A DNA stretch of 64,000 bases from Klebsormidium nitens. Taxonomy: Eukaryota > Plantae > Klebsormidiophyceae. Positions 12,501 through 24,421 of this stretch are shown here, in pieces. The stretch's first letter is position 1. Each line of letters opens with the position of its first letter. The translations under genes were made by a program, and so were the position numbers. The notes below the pieces were generated by a model. The model did no database searches and was not told where the DNA came from. It worked only from the letters and a program-made list of their open reading frames with translations. The stretch is from positions 62,001 to 126,000 of the forward strand of contig DF236961.1 of the NCBI GenBank assembly GCA_000708835.1, read 5' to 3'.

Positions 12501-15320
12501 TTACGTCAGCCACCATGACGTCGGGTTCTGGGCGCAGAGCTTCATGACGGATTTGCAGCGCACGTGCCTGGACCACAACCGGCTGCGGTGCTACGGGATT
12601 GGGTTCGGGCTCGGTTTCCGGGTGGTCGCGCTGGGGCCGGACTTCCGCAAGCTGGGGCTCGACCAAATCTTGCAGCCCTACAGGTGAGGCGCTAACCGGC
12701 ATGCGAGTTTCGTGTGTATGGGATTGTCAGTGAGCTAGTATTTGGTCCGCTTTTCCTTCCAAGAAAGTCAAACCATGCAACCTTTGGAAACGAAGCACTG
12801 CGCGAGCGTATTCCACAGCCGTCGACGAGTCCCCATCTCCTTGCCATCCCTCCAGTGTATAAGAGCCACAGAGTCTATTGCAGCAAAGGGAAGCCCCGGC
12901 TGTGCAATCTTCAGGAAGAAGGTCGCGCTTTGCAAATTGTGTTTTGACGTGATGCTCACTCCGGTATTATGGCTTGCTCCATACTCTGAATATCATTAAC
13001 CGCACGAAGCACTTGAGACATCCAACCAAAGAGCTCTTCCAATGTCAACCATTTCTTTTTCCTTCTCTCCTGCAGGAAAGCGAAGCACCGCGCAATTCTG
13101 CATGCCATAGCTGTCGATGAGTCCGCAACCTAGAAAGTTCTCGATGAAATAAGGCGCAATTTCTCCTGCAGGAAAGCGAAGCACCGCGCGATCCTGCTAG
13201 ACTACGACGGCACGATGATGCCGCAGGCGACGCTGAACCGGCGGCCGGGCGAGGACGTCATTGCGTTGCTCAAGGCGCTGTGCGACGATCCCGCCAACGT
13301 GGTGTTTCTGGTCAGCGGCCGTAGCAAGGTGCCTCTGCACGAATGGTTTGGGGACGTGGACAAGCTGGGGATCGCCGCAGAGCACGGCTACTTCTACCGC
13401 TGGAACAAGAACGCGGATTGGCAGACGCTAATCACGGGGCAGGTGCGTGCCGAAGTCCGGGCCCCCCGAAACACAGAGAGTTTGATTTTCGGTCTTCTTA
13501 TCGGATTCCGCTCGGTGATTCTTGATACCTCAGTGTCATGAACATTGGATGCGATGATTGTGGCGGCGTTTTGCAAAATGAACAAAGGGGCCAGGCAGAG
13601 GGAGCTTGTGCTCAGAGACTGCGTGGATAAAGCGTGCCAAGCTGGGCTGTTCATGCAAGGCTACCATCTTCTTGCTGCAAACGTACCTCCATTGTACTTC
13701 TTTTTTATCGCAGCTGCCGCTAATCAGAAGCTTGCCTTCACTGCTAAGATGGACTCTTACATGGCAAACGGGGCTCTCCGCGGAGCAGATGGTGATATCA
13801 GATAGCAGGTTTAGAGGAACCACTCCCCGGATAGTCACAACATAGTAAAAGCTGCATCGACAACCTAGATGTCTGCTTTCAGTAACACCACGCGTTCTCT
13901 TGCTCCTCTAGGTGCCCCCGAGCGACGCAGCTGACGTGGGCGACTTCCCGTGGAAGCACGCGGCGCTGCCGATCATGGAAACATACGCGGAGAGCACCGA
14001 CGGCTCCTTCATCGAGGCCAAGGACAGCGCGCTCGTCTGGCACTACCGCGACGCCGACCCCGACTTCGGCTCCTGGCAGGTCAGCCGCCGTGCAGAGAAA
14101 CCCCAAAGCGTTGAAACCCTAGAAACGCCAGAAAATATCAGAGCGGACAGCGGTTTGGGGTTGAACTTCCGAGCGGCCTCTGAGCCAATCTGGATGACCA
14201 GTCTTGCTTGTCGAGCTTGAGTAAGAGTCTGCTCCTCCGGACTGGACGCCAAAGGTCGAAGCACCGAGAAACAATGGAGAGACAGAGTTGAGGAGCTTGT
14301 CTTGGACGAAGTCGTATTCTGCGCAGGGGCCAGTTGTTTCTACTCCTTCTTCCATACTTCCATAGAGGGTTGATTGGTCTCCAAGTCATCACCGCAATAC
14401 TCTCGGTCACAAACGCCCGCGGTGGGTTTCTAGTTGATCATCTCAAGTCTGCCATACGAGCCCTGTACAACCGGGTTTTAAACCTATCTTACGGCCTCCT
14501 TGGTAAAACCCGGGGCCTTAACAATCATCTGTTGCATCTCTATGTCTCCGAACTCCAAACCCTCTTACTCTACCTTGGCCCGCCAGGCCAAGGAGCTGCT
14601 GGACCACTTGGAGAGCGTGCTGGTCAACGACCCGGTAACGGTGAAGAGCGGGCACCACATCGTGGAGGTGAAGCCGCAGGGCGTCTCTAAGGGCGTCGTC
14701 GCCGAGAAGGTCCTCGCCACCATGGAGGCGCGCAACGAGGGGCCAGATCTGATTCTGTGCATCGGGGACGACAGGTGAGCGGAATACGTCCATGCGGCGC
14801 TTTCGTATGGTGCTGGCTCCTATGTTTCTGCGGTCAACTTCCAATTATAGCTGTTTTGTCGAGCTATGTTAAGGCCTGCAACAATTTCTAGGTGCAAGAT
14901 ATGTCAAATGAGTATAATGCTTTTCTCTTAACTTGGCTTGGACACGTCAATCTTACGAAACTTCTCAAAGACTCGTTTACTTTATCCTGCGGTTTCTTCC
15001 TTTGGGATGTTTGTATCCAATCCTACTTGACTGCTCAAGGGTCGGGACTTTGTCTTGTTTGCCAGCAGTGTCCCATGTTCGTCGATTCGCACATGTTGGC
15101 GAGTGTCACTTTGTTTGAAAGCCCTTATCTTATTCTTTGCTGCAGGTCGGACGAGGACATGTTCCAGAAGATCGAAGACACGTTTAGCAATCACATGACC
15201 GCCCAAGTCTTCGCATGCACAGTCGGCCAGAAACCTAGCAAAGCGAAATACTATCTAGACGACACGATCGAAGTTATGCAGCTCCTAAATGGGTTAGCCA
15301 ATTCTGGCCAACAACACTGA
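9579..15320 (+). CDS. TPS: Class II trehalose-6-phosphate synthase/phosphatase (GT20 domain plus HAD TPP-like domain)
   Basis: Exons 9579-9944, 10672-10958, 11574-12683, 13172-13442, 13912-14079, 14587-14774 and 15146-15320, all GT-AG and phase-consistent. N-terminus MLSRSHANLLDL resembles plant class II TPS. Motifs: WIHDYHLMVLP, GFFLHSPFPS, LLGVDDMDIFKG, RDGMNL, SEFIGCSPSL, LLDYDGT, EVKPQGVSKG, GDDRSDEDMF. Confidence 0.96.
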
Positions 15321-16307
15321 TCACTCGAGTTTTGAAACGCGAAAGTTTGCTACCTTGCATAAGGTAGGAATCGACTGTCTTACATACCGCTTCCAATGAA
15401 GTGGTTGCTTCTTAGTACTGCATACAAACAGGTACAAGCTGCTGTGGCTCCCTTGGTCAATGTCGTGCCGGCAGCCCACTTCACCACGCCATTCAAGCAG
15501 GCAACATGCAGTGCACACTTGATCATGAGCAGTCGCTTTATGGTTTCCAAACCCAAGTGCGCGGACTGTAGGATCAAAGTGGGCGCTGCAACCAGAATCG
15601 TTTTCCTTGCAGTTGCTGAGTCCGCTGCCTATCAAGATACTCGGCATGCTACATCTATATGTGCGTCGATCAGAACTCACATGAGAGTCACAAGCGCCCT
15701 AGCTCTAGCTCTATATAGGCTAGCTGTCGCCTGGCAGTCGCATGCGTCAACATACTCCGGCCAAAAACTGCAGTCCGACGATCTCGACCCTGCGGTTGGC
15801 ATGCTCAATCAGTTCATTTGATACAGGCGGCCGCGGGCGACGATGCCAGCCATGCATGAGCACGTGGCCGCCCGTGGTTTCTATTGTAGCTCAGTCACTG
15901 TGCACAACAAGCCGTCCATAGGGAACCCCTTTTGCGACCGTCAGTGTTCAATACACATTCCCACTTATGGTGACGAGGGGGCCGCAGCCTGTCGTTGTAC
16001 ATTTGGCGCGTGCTACTCGTATACTTGCTGGGATAGCAACAAAATGACTCGCCTTCAATGGTCGCTCTTCGTTTATTTACAATGATACTGAACGAACTAA
16101 ATAATGCTGAAGCCGACCTTGATCATGAGCCAGTAATCGTTGCGCGCGAGTTTGTGGGCGTTGCACTGATTGATTCGACTGCTCTTAGCAATTCACTCTA
16201 TGTCCGCACCTTTAACAACGGAGTAGCCACAACTAAGTTCTTACCTACACCCTAGGCAGCATACCCAAGCGCTCTTGGTTTCATGCTATCTTGGCTTCGC
16301 TTGTTCA

Positions 16308-19300
16308 CTACATGCCGTGCTTCAGACTGTCCATGGCTGTCAGTAGCCTTGGGAGCGTGACACCCGCTTTCCCGGTGACAGCAAATCTGCAGCAGATCCG
16401 ATTGGTTACATCTCACGAAGCTACCATTGAATGTAAGCTTTTCCGAGCAATTCAAAACCAGTGGACAGAGCGCCAGTTCTGCCATCATGCTGCAACGGCA
16501 GATCCCGCTGCCAAGCACTACAGATTTACTCTAAGAAAAGAAAAAATCATCGCAAGCATTGAACGAATCCCTCGTTTCCAGAGCCGTTGATATCAAGATT
16601 TGCAAAGAAGACGAAGTACAGCAGGGAAACCTACTGGCAAACGGAGGTTGCTCCCGTTGGTTCGATGTTGAACTCTGCGACCGTTCCGCCTCTCGCCCGC
16701 ACCATTGGAGCATAACCTGCGGCGGGCTGCGTAGCAATGCAGGGCAGGGATGCATCAGTGGAAGATGACGACAACATCACGACGCAATCATGTGCAGGCA
16801 ATTTTGCCGATAGAAACGTTGACGTTGACGTTGTCCAAAGACAACTCAGAGACAAGTCTACGGACTTTGAGTGAACGGGTTTCTGTCCAACGTGAGCATC
16901 TTTTGTTATGAACGAAAACCTTTATTCGAACGCAGATTAGTACTCAACAGGAAGGACTGCAAACCAACAGACAGGTAGTCCTTGTTTGATGAGGCCTCAG
17001 AACTTAAACAGTTTGAATCGCCCTGGTTTAAGCGTCCTAGAGAGATGGGCGCAAAGACGTGCCGCAATTGCAGCTTCTGAGATAGATTGTGGCCAGCACC
17101 TCTGGAAAACCTTACGACAACATTCGTCGATGACGCGTCATGTAGCAGCCACTTACGTAGACAATAGCCGAGGTCCCCACCACGAGCAACACGTGGCAGC
17201 TCTCCAGCGCTGCGTCCGCGCGTTGTATGATCTCACGGTCCAGGTTCTCTCCGAACCAGACCACATCCGGACGAAGCAGCCCGTTGCAGCCCGCCTCCGC
17301 GCAGCGCGGCAGGTCCAGTGTCGGAATGCGCGCCTCGGAAGCGTCCGGCAGACCCTGTCAAAGATTGTGGCAGGTCCTCGTTGCAGAGCAGTTGTGATGA
17401 TGTAACAGCAACAATGAAAAAGTGAGCGATGCACTTTCAAGTGAGCTCTATCAAGTTCGATTCGCCTGTCTTGATTTTGACCTTTCCGGGATGTCTGCGG
17501 GGGTTCCGAATACATAACTCAGACGAGCAGAGGACCTTGACGTATCGAATCTCGGAAAATAGAAAGGGCTGACCTCCTCGTATGGCATGTAAAATCGTGG
17601 AGCCTCAAACGAAGTGCGCGCCAACAGTCGGTTACAGGCAGTGCTTCATTACATGTCAGAACGGAAGAAAGCATACAAGAACTCCCAGCAGTTTCGCTAG
17701 GGACCCCCCACCTATTGTAAGCCCTTCGACCCTTCAATCGACGGTCGGGATTAGGAGATTGGAAGGGATTATGACTAGGAGGGGTCTCTCGTGTCAGCTC
17801 GGGAGTCCACGTTCTCCCTCCTTCCATTCTGCCAGGTTGCTCTGGCCGAATCAGATTGAGAGCGCCATGCTACGCTCACCTTCCCTGCCAGTGCGGGGCA
17901 TATCGGCATGGTCCGATTCTCCTCTCGATGACCGCAGCGTCGGCAGCGGGTGCCCCACAGAGAGCCGTGCAAGTTGACCACTCCCGTGCTGCCGGCCCGC
18001 TGATGCAACCCGTCAATGTTCTGCACGCAAGAAAAAGGATTACCCCGAACTGAAACGACACAGAACCGTTTGTCTTTGCCAACGTGAAGGTAAAAGCATT
18101 GAGTGACATCAAAGGATTATTCTGTTGCCAGGGTTCAGAGCTTTAAACGACCCTGCTTGCCGCGGCCTCGCTCTAACTCCCTAGCTCATGAGCTAGTTTC
18201 AAAACCACCGAGTCACTCCAACATAATTGCAAAACTCTGAAGTACGTAGATAGATTGCTGATGCCGAGGGCTTTGGTGAACCGTTCTGTGATAGAGTGTG
18301 CAGATTTGTGCAGGCAGTCCAGTCTGTGGGCGGATTCACAACGAGAGTTCCATCCGGGAAAGTTGGCAAGCCATCGGTAGAGTGGCACGCTTGTAAGGAG
18401 AGTGGCTATCACTGAACGCAAGAGAAGAGATTGTCAGATCCTGGCTTACGAACATACATGTGGCCGTCAAGCATTGGACAAAGTTCACCGCCTTAATATT
18501 TCCACAAAGCGCACCCTAGGGTAATTTCTTGCAGAGGTTTATCCAGACTGAACGGCCAGTCAAGCTGGCCATCGCTCATATATTCCAAGCAATCCTTCTT
18601 GAGAAGCCTCTCGTTCTCTCCAACTCAGGTACGTGTCGTCAGGCCATTACCTGCGTCAACAATGCAAAGTCCTTCCCTTGTCGTACACACCGCCTCTGCA
18701 GCTCCGCAATCGCACGATGCCCCGCATTTGGCTCTGCAGCAGATACAATCTCCCTCCTGTAGTGGTAGAACTCCCACACAAGTGACGGGTCTGCGGCGAA
18801 TGCCTGCGGATTTGCCAGCTCAGTTGCATCATATTGGCGCCAGAACCCCCCCGCGCCTCGGAATGTGGGGATGCCAGACTCTGCTGAGATGCCAGCGCCC
18901 GTCAGGACTGCAATGCTGCGGGCGGCGTGTAGCGCCCGGGCGAGGGCAGTGAATGTGGGATCGTCCTGAAAAAAGAGATGTGAACAAAGCTGTGAAGATG
19001 GAAGACGAAAGAACTGTGCCATTTTCCAACTTAGCAAATCAGAAGGAATTCTCATATGGATGGCGGGCGGAAGAGCTCCTCACTTCTTAGCCCCTTTTAT
19101 GCGCTATGATGGAACTAGTCATGAGGAATGAGAGACTGGAATGTCAAAGTCTGGCAGCTCCTTAGAGGCAGGGGAAAATAAGTAGGGCGACACTTGATGC
19201 AAACGCGAATTGTATTTCAGGGCTTCTATCTGCAAGTGTTCGCTTATTGCTCTTTGTTAGCCCCCCCATGATGAAAATGATGATTTGCCGAGCTTCTTGA

Positions 19301-19857
19301 CCAATTCATTCTTTAATAGCTTCTTTGCAACTTTCTATGCAAGCTCCTTGAGAAGCTGAGCTTAAAACATTCGGAGCTCTCCAAAGGGATCCCTGCATGA
19401 ATGTACTTTTGACTTTCAGACTGCCCACCTTGTGACAGAGGCGAATAAGGTTCCCCACCAGTCCACTCTCAATCAAAAACATACATGGAAGTAAACACCT
19501 CGCTCTAGCACCACAGAACTTTCGCAGAGTGGACAAATGAGGACCCTTTTATTGAACATAGCTTTCTCTCGCAGTGGATTAGGACCACACATGCCAGTTG
19601 CATTCAAAAAAGCTTTGTCATCATGAGAAAACTCGGCCTCTGACCAGCTCAGAATCGCTTACAGCACCGCTATCCTCCCGCTGCACACCCCCTGCAGACG
19701 TGCTCATGGCTGCTCTGAGCCCACCACTACTTGAAAGTATCAACTTGTGATCGGACTGGACCAGGAAAACATTGTTCCCATCATAGCTGCTTTTGAACCT
19801 GAGGATGCCGCGTGCAAATGGCAAAGCAGCACTGCGCAGTGCGCCAGAGCAAAGCAT
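16308..19857 (-). CDS. SIRT5: Class III sirtuin (SIRT5/CobB-type NAD-dependent deacylase) with a likely mitochondrial presequence
   Basis: Exons 19857-19645, 18965-18651, 18020-17880, 17354-17157, 16726-16635 and 16386-16308. Motifs: [40 protein letters not shown]...CAEAGC zinc ligands, [25 protein letters not shown]. The N-terminus [23 protein letters not shown] is Arg-rich and poor in acidic residues. Confidence 0.93.
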
Positions 19858-20470
19858 CAGGGGCTGCGGAAAGGAGAGCTTTATTGCACTACGCAGGCTT
19901 AAGACTGTGTCATTCAGTTAGAAAAAAATCGTCAACGAGCTGCCTGCTCTTCATTTGACAACGAGCAGCATTGCCTTTGGAAGCTGGACAAGGCAGCTGA
20001 GCTTCTTAAGTCTCTCTTCTCAAGCTGTTTTGTGTGAAGCATCTTCTTCTTAGGCGAGCTAGCTAGAGCTAGCTCGCCCGCCCCGGGTTCCTTTTGCCAG
20101 GAACCCGAAAATTTCGTTGTGGGGGGCACGTTGCCCGTGCCGTTCGTTCGACCGTTAAGTAGCGGCACGAAACTTGGGAGGGGCATGCCACGAGGAGTTG
20201 CCCGCAAGGAGAGCCGTCGACATGCATACCCCCATTTCCGAACCACTAGTGGATGCTACCCGCGCGCGCCTGCTGTCTGCATGATCGGAGCTAGCTTGCT
20301 CAGGCTGTGCGCAGTACCACGCATCCTCTATCCGCAGTCTGAGTGGCTACACAGGGGCGCAAGCGTTGACAGCGAGGAAAAGCAAGGCCGACAAGGAACA
20401 AATCACTGCTATTGCTAAGTAAGGGCTAAGCAATACAGTCTCATCTGTGGGGTCAGCTCGTGTGCTCGCA

Positions 20471-21956
20471 ATGGCGGTGGAACTCATTAATCCCAATCCT
20501 GTCATCCACGAGCGCAAAAGTAAAGCACACCGGCTGGACTTGCCGAGCGTGCACGGCGATGAAGATGCTGCAGAGGAGTTTGACGCCACAGAGATTTTCG
20601 ATATCCTTTTGCCACGTGATGCTGGCCCAGGCGTACGCTCTTGCTTGCATGATTGTTGATGGTGGTACTTTGTTTCTGCTGATCGCTTGGCTTTTCATAT
20701 ACTAATGTAAAAGTCTGGAATCTTGTTACATGCTGGACTAGTCATCTTTCCAGCTTCAAAGCTCAGAAGCTAGTCAGCTTGTGAAGTTTGCAACCTGCAG
20801 TGTAAATCTCTAAGGAAAGTGGTGAGTGTGTTGTTGTCACGGCTCTGGTGTCTCTGTCTGCTTTCCTTGACCACTGTGCACATCACATCCGGGACATCAC
20901 GGACCCTGAGCACCCCTACTCTTTGGAGCAGCTGAACGTGGTGTCAGAGGAGGCCATCATGGTCGATGATAAGGGAAGCAAGGTCGGGTGAGTGCTGGCT
21001 GCTGTCCTGCCATTATGCTTTTCTGAAAGCCAGGTTGAAGCTCTAACCACTGAGCTTCACACGAGGGGACGTTGTTTCTCGAGGACAGCGCTCTTCGAAG
21101 GATTCTAGCATCGCCGCCAACATACGATTGAGTCAGAGTATGGTGGCCAAGATGATGTTCCGTGCCAGCCCAGAGATGCCAGCAAAACTCTTCGATGATA
21201 CATTGGATACATGCATATCAAGCTCTCATTTAAGCCTTGTTGTGCTGGCAGCCAGTTCTCAGTCAGTCACATAGAAAGGTTCCTTCTTGCCTGTTTCCTA
21301 TGCTGTGTGCAATCGGAAAGCTAGAAAGTTGGATGTCGTTTCGTGGTAGTCTTCCGTTTCTTGTCCTGTAAAACAAGAACTATGCAAAGCTGGACGCCCA
21401 ATGACGGGGTCGACTTTTCCTGCATGCTACAGGATCAAATTCACACCCACCGTCCAGCACTGTAGTATGGCCACCCTGATTGGCTTGTGCATACGGGTTA
21501 AGCTTTTGCGAAGCCTACCTCCGCGCTTCAAGGTATGTTTCATTGTCCCCTCTCGCTTTGCCTGCTGCTCAGGTTTGAAGAAGTAATAGAATTGGCTTTC
21601 GGAAGCATGGAATTGAAAAAATAGGTTGACAAGCTGTCCATCTCTGGGTTCTGGTCAGGTCTCACTCGAATCATGTCCCAAGTATTCCATGCATGTTAAA
21701 GCTGAGCAGATTTTGACTTGGTCTTAGATAATCGAAGCGCGGCGTGTTTCAAACTTCAAGTTGCTTCAAGTACTCTGCTCAACTGAAAACAAAAAGGTCG
21801 CTCGTGCAGGTGGACATCAACGTGGCTCCGGGGTCCCACGCTTCCGAGGCGGCTGTAAACAAGCAACTGAACGATAAGGAAAGGGTGGCAGCGGCTCTAG
21901 AGAACCCGCACCTAGTAGACATGGTCGAGAAATGTCTAGCATCAAGCGAACAGTAG
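20471..21956 (+). CDS. AE7: MIP18-family cytosolic Fe-S assembly factor (AE7/CIA2/FAM96B)
   Basis: Exons 20471-20600, 20882-20987, 21433-21532 and 21810-21956 give [12 protein letters not shown]...[21 protein letters not shown]...[17 protein letters not shown]...[16 protein letters not shown]. Intron 1 is AT-AC. Confidence 0.96.
20601..20881 (+). other. U12-type (minor spliceosome) AT-AC intron
   Basis: 5' end ATATCCTTT, branch site TTCCTTGAC (20863-20871), 3' end AC. Removing it restores the conserved EIFDHIRDI. Confidence 0.93.
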
Positions 21957-23340
21957 TACATCGAATCTATCCAGTATCTATCATTATCTTCATTCTTTTA
22001 AGCTCGTGAGTGGCCTTGTACATAGGATACAGCTGACATCTGAGAGATTGCTTTTTGATTCGACCGGTGGGTCAAATTTTTGTTGCCCTTTCGACATGCC
22101 GACTTCGTGCAATTGTTGTAAGTGTTAGGAACGGATTGTGCACTCGACCGTAAAACCAAACCAGTTTGTTGTGATTGCGGCACGTGCCACAGCTTGCGTG
22201 GCCATGCGGCAGGCATGGCCAGGCTGACTTTTTGCACTCTTGATCAATAGCAGGATCCCGGCTGCACTGGCTTTCTCAATGCTGACTAAGTCCGTTCAGC
22301 ATGAGTTGCGAATGGTTGCAGGGCAACCATGAACTTATTGGCATGCTAGAGGGCCCACGTGCACCCTAGAGACACCGGCACGAGTGACCGCTTGATTCAT
22401 CTGCTTATAAAGTGTGATTGCATGTGGGTTTGAACCTGTATATGAGAGGCCCCGGCAAGTGCATGTGTTCAATTACACAAATCACGAACTAGTGATTGTT
22501 ATCTTGCTAGCTCCGAACCTTATCTGCACAACATGTCGCCGCTGAGACCTTCCGTAGCTGTGACCATAAAGCTTCTTTGGCGGCCAGCCATCCGGTCCAA
22601 TCGACGTCAGGCTTTGTGCGTCAGATCTCCAGCCTTCATGGGGTTGTCAAGGCCGCCCAAGAGCTAGTTCATGCATGCCGTCTCAGCGCCTGTATTCCTG
22701 ACGGTCGCGAGATTGATGCTTGAGAATCCTCTAAAATCCCTCGGCCAATCTTCCCACTGCCCCTGGTAATATCCCGGCTGAAGCGTCGATATTCAAGGCA
22801 CGTCTAGCTTTTTGAAAAGTCCACGGTCTTATTGACCAACGAGGTTCTTGAATGGTGCGCGAGGACTTCAAGGTACGGAAACAAGCATCTTTTCATCTGT
22901 ATCAGAAGCCTCCACGATTTCTACACCCGAAGAGACTCTGAAGCCAGCGCTCACAAGAACCGAATTCAATGTTGTGGAGGTCTCATTATTCGGAACACGC
23001 TGCTATATAAGTGTTGGAAATTAGTGAACGAAGTGCACTTTCGACGGCCAGCTTATCAAAAACCGATCATGTCTCGACACAACCCACTGGCTCAGGATCT
23101 ACAAGTATCTTTCGAGATCTTGCTGACGCACGCAGCATGCACGAGTTCGACGAAGACACTCGTGACTCGTGCCGCCACACAGATCTTTAGGCCACGTAGA
23201 TCGTCCAGATTACTGGGTTTAACGTCTGAAGAATACATTGCCGATGGACATACGATAAGGCTTGTGTAGTTGTGCTGTTTTACCTTCCTTCAACCCAACT
23301 GCCCTGACGGATTGACCCCGACGCACCGTCTTCTGCCAGT

Positions 23341-24421
23341 ATGGACTTGCAAGGTACTTTCGACCTTCGGCTTCGTGAAACAGAGCCTTTGCGCAGGAGC
23401 ATAAGAGGCCGCTCCGGCCCGGTTTCAGGTCTCACAGAAGATGCACGGACCACTACAGCTCCGAGAAGCATGCTCACCTGAAGCTCAGGACGGGAAGATC
23501 GAAAAGCATATGGACCCAGCTCCCAACCTAAACGAGCAAGAAGGGAGATCAAACAACGGAGTTGAGCATCCTCAATTGTCTTCAATCCCAGAAAGATCGC
23601 CCGATGAAACTCCTTCACCAGCACGGGGGCGCCACGCGCTGTACGACGCGAGAAAAACAGAGGAGGCATATGGATCTACGTCGGGCGAAGACCAAGACGC
23701 TCCATTTGGTTGCGCGGGCCTGCTCAGGTCCCCGCTTAGGTCTCTCAGACGGCGCGTAAGAGGAACTTTCCGCTCACGGACGAAGTATCCAGAAACGGCC
23801 TGCGGGTTGGAGAACTGTAAGACGTGCGGACGCAGGAGCAGGCACGTGGCGCTCATTCCCTAGGAGAGAAAATCTGGAGTTCAAGAGAACAGAGTTAAAC
23901 AGAACGTTTCCATTGAGGTAGGACGCGTTTCTCTCCCCTGCGGCCTGCTGCATCGTGCGCAGCTTAGCAGTGTCCAGACGATTGATCTCCCGACGCGCAC
24001 TAACAACGTTATCGCAGAGAGTATCGAGGTTTTCCCAAGGAAGTTTCTCCTAAGTCGCATGCGGACGCCTGACCAGCCAATGAGTCGGAATTCTTTGACA
24101 AGGTTCTGCTCACATAGTTTTCCGAATGCGCGTGTGGGCACTTGTTTGCTTCGAAAGATATGCGTCTCGAATGCAATGAAGATTGTCAGTCTGCCATGCT
24201 TTGGGAGTAGTCTGAAATACAGCGTTCCTCAAGTAAGAGGCACGAAGTGCGCTGCTTCCTTGCAATTTGAGGTCGTCTTCTCGGAACCGCTGTTCGGCCG
24301 TTTTCTCCAGCACAAAATCACGGAGCTTCAGTTGTATACCGTTCCGCTTCGCACTTTATCCCTTACCACTTTCTCCGTCATAAACCCTGGATGTCAATTT
24401 TGCCGAGGGCCAACCTGTTGA
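23341..24421 (+). CDS. Candidate orphan multi-exon gene (low-complexity, E/S/P/R-rich)
   Basis: One frame is open from 23405 to 24421 except for a single TAG (23861-23863). That TAG is the 3' end of a plausible phase-0 intron 23756-23863 (cgc|gtaaga ... cattccctag|gag), and another donor follows at 23918. No domain recognised; start and end are uncertain. Confidence 0.3.

Noticed and set aside
11626-12702. 358-aa antisense ORF and 259-aa alternate-frame ORF over TPS exon 3
   Set aside because: These are shadows of strongly GC3-biased coding sequence, with no motifs or independent splice signals.
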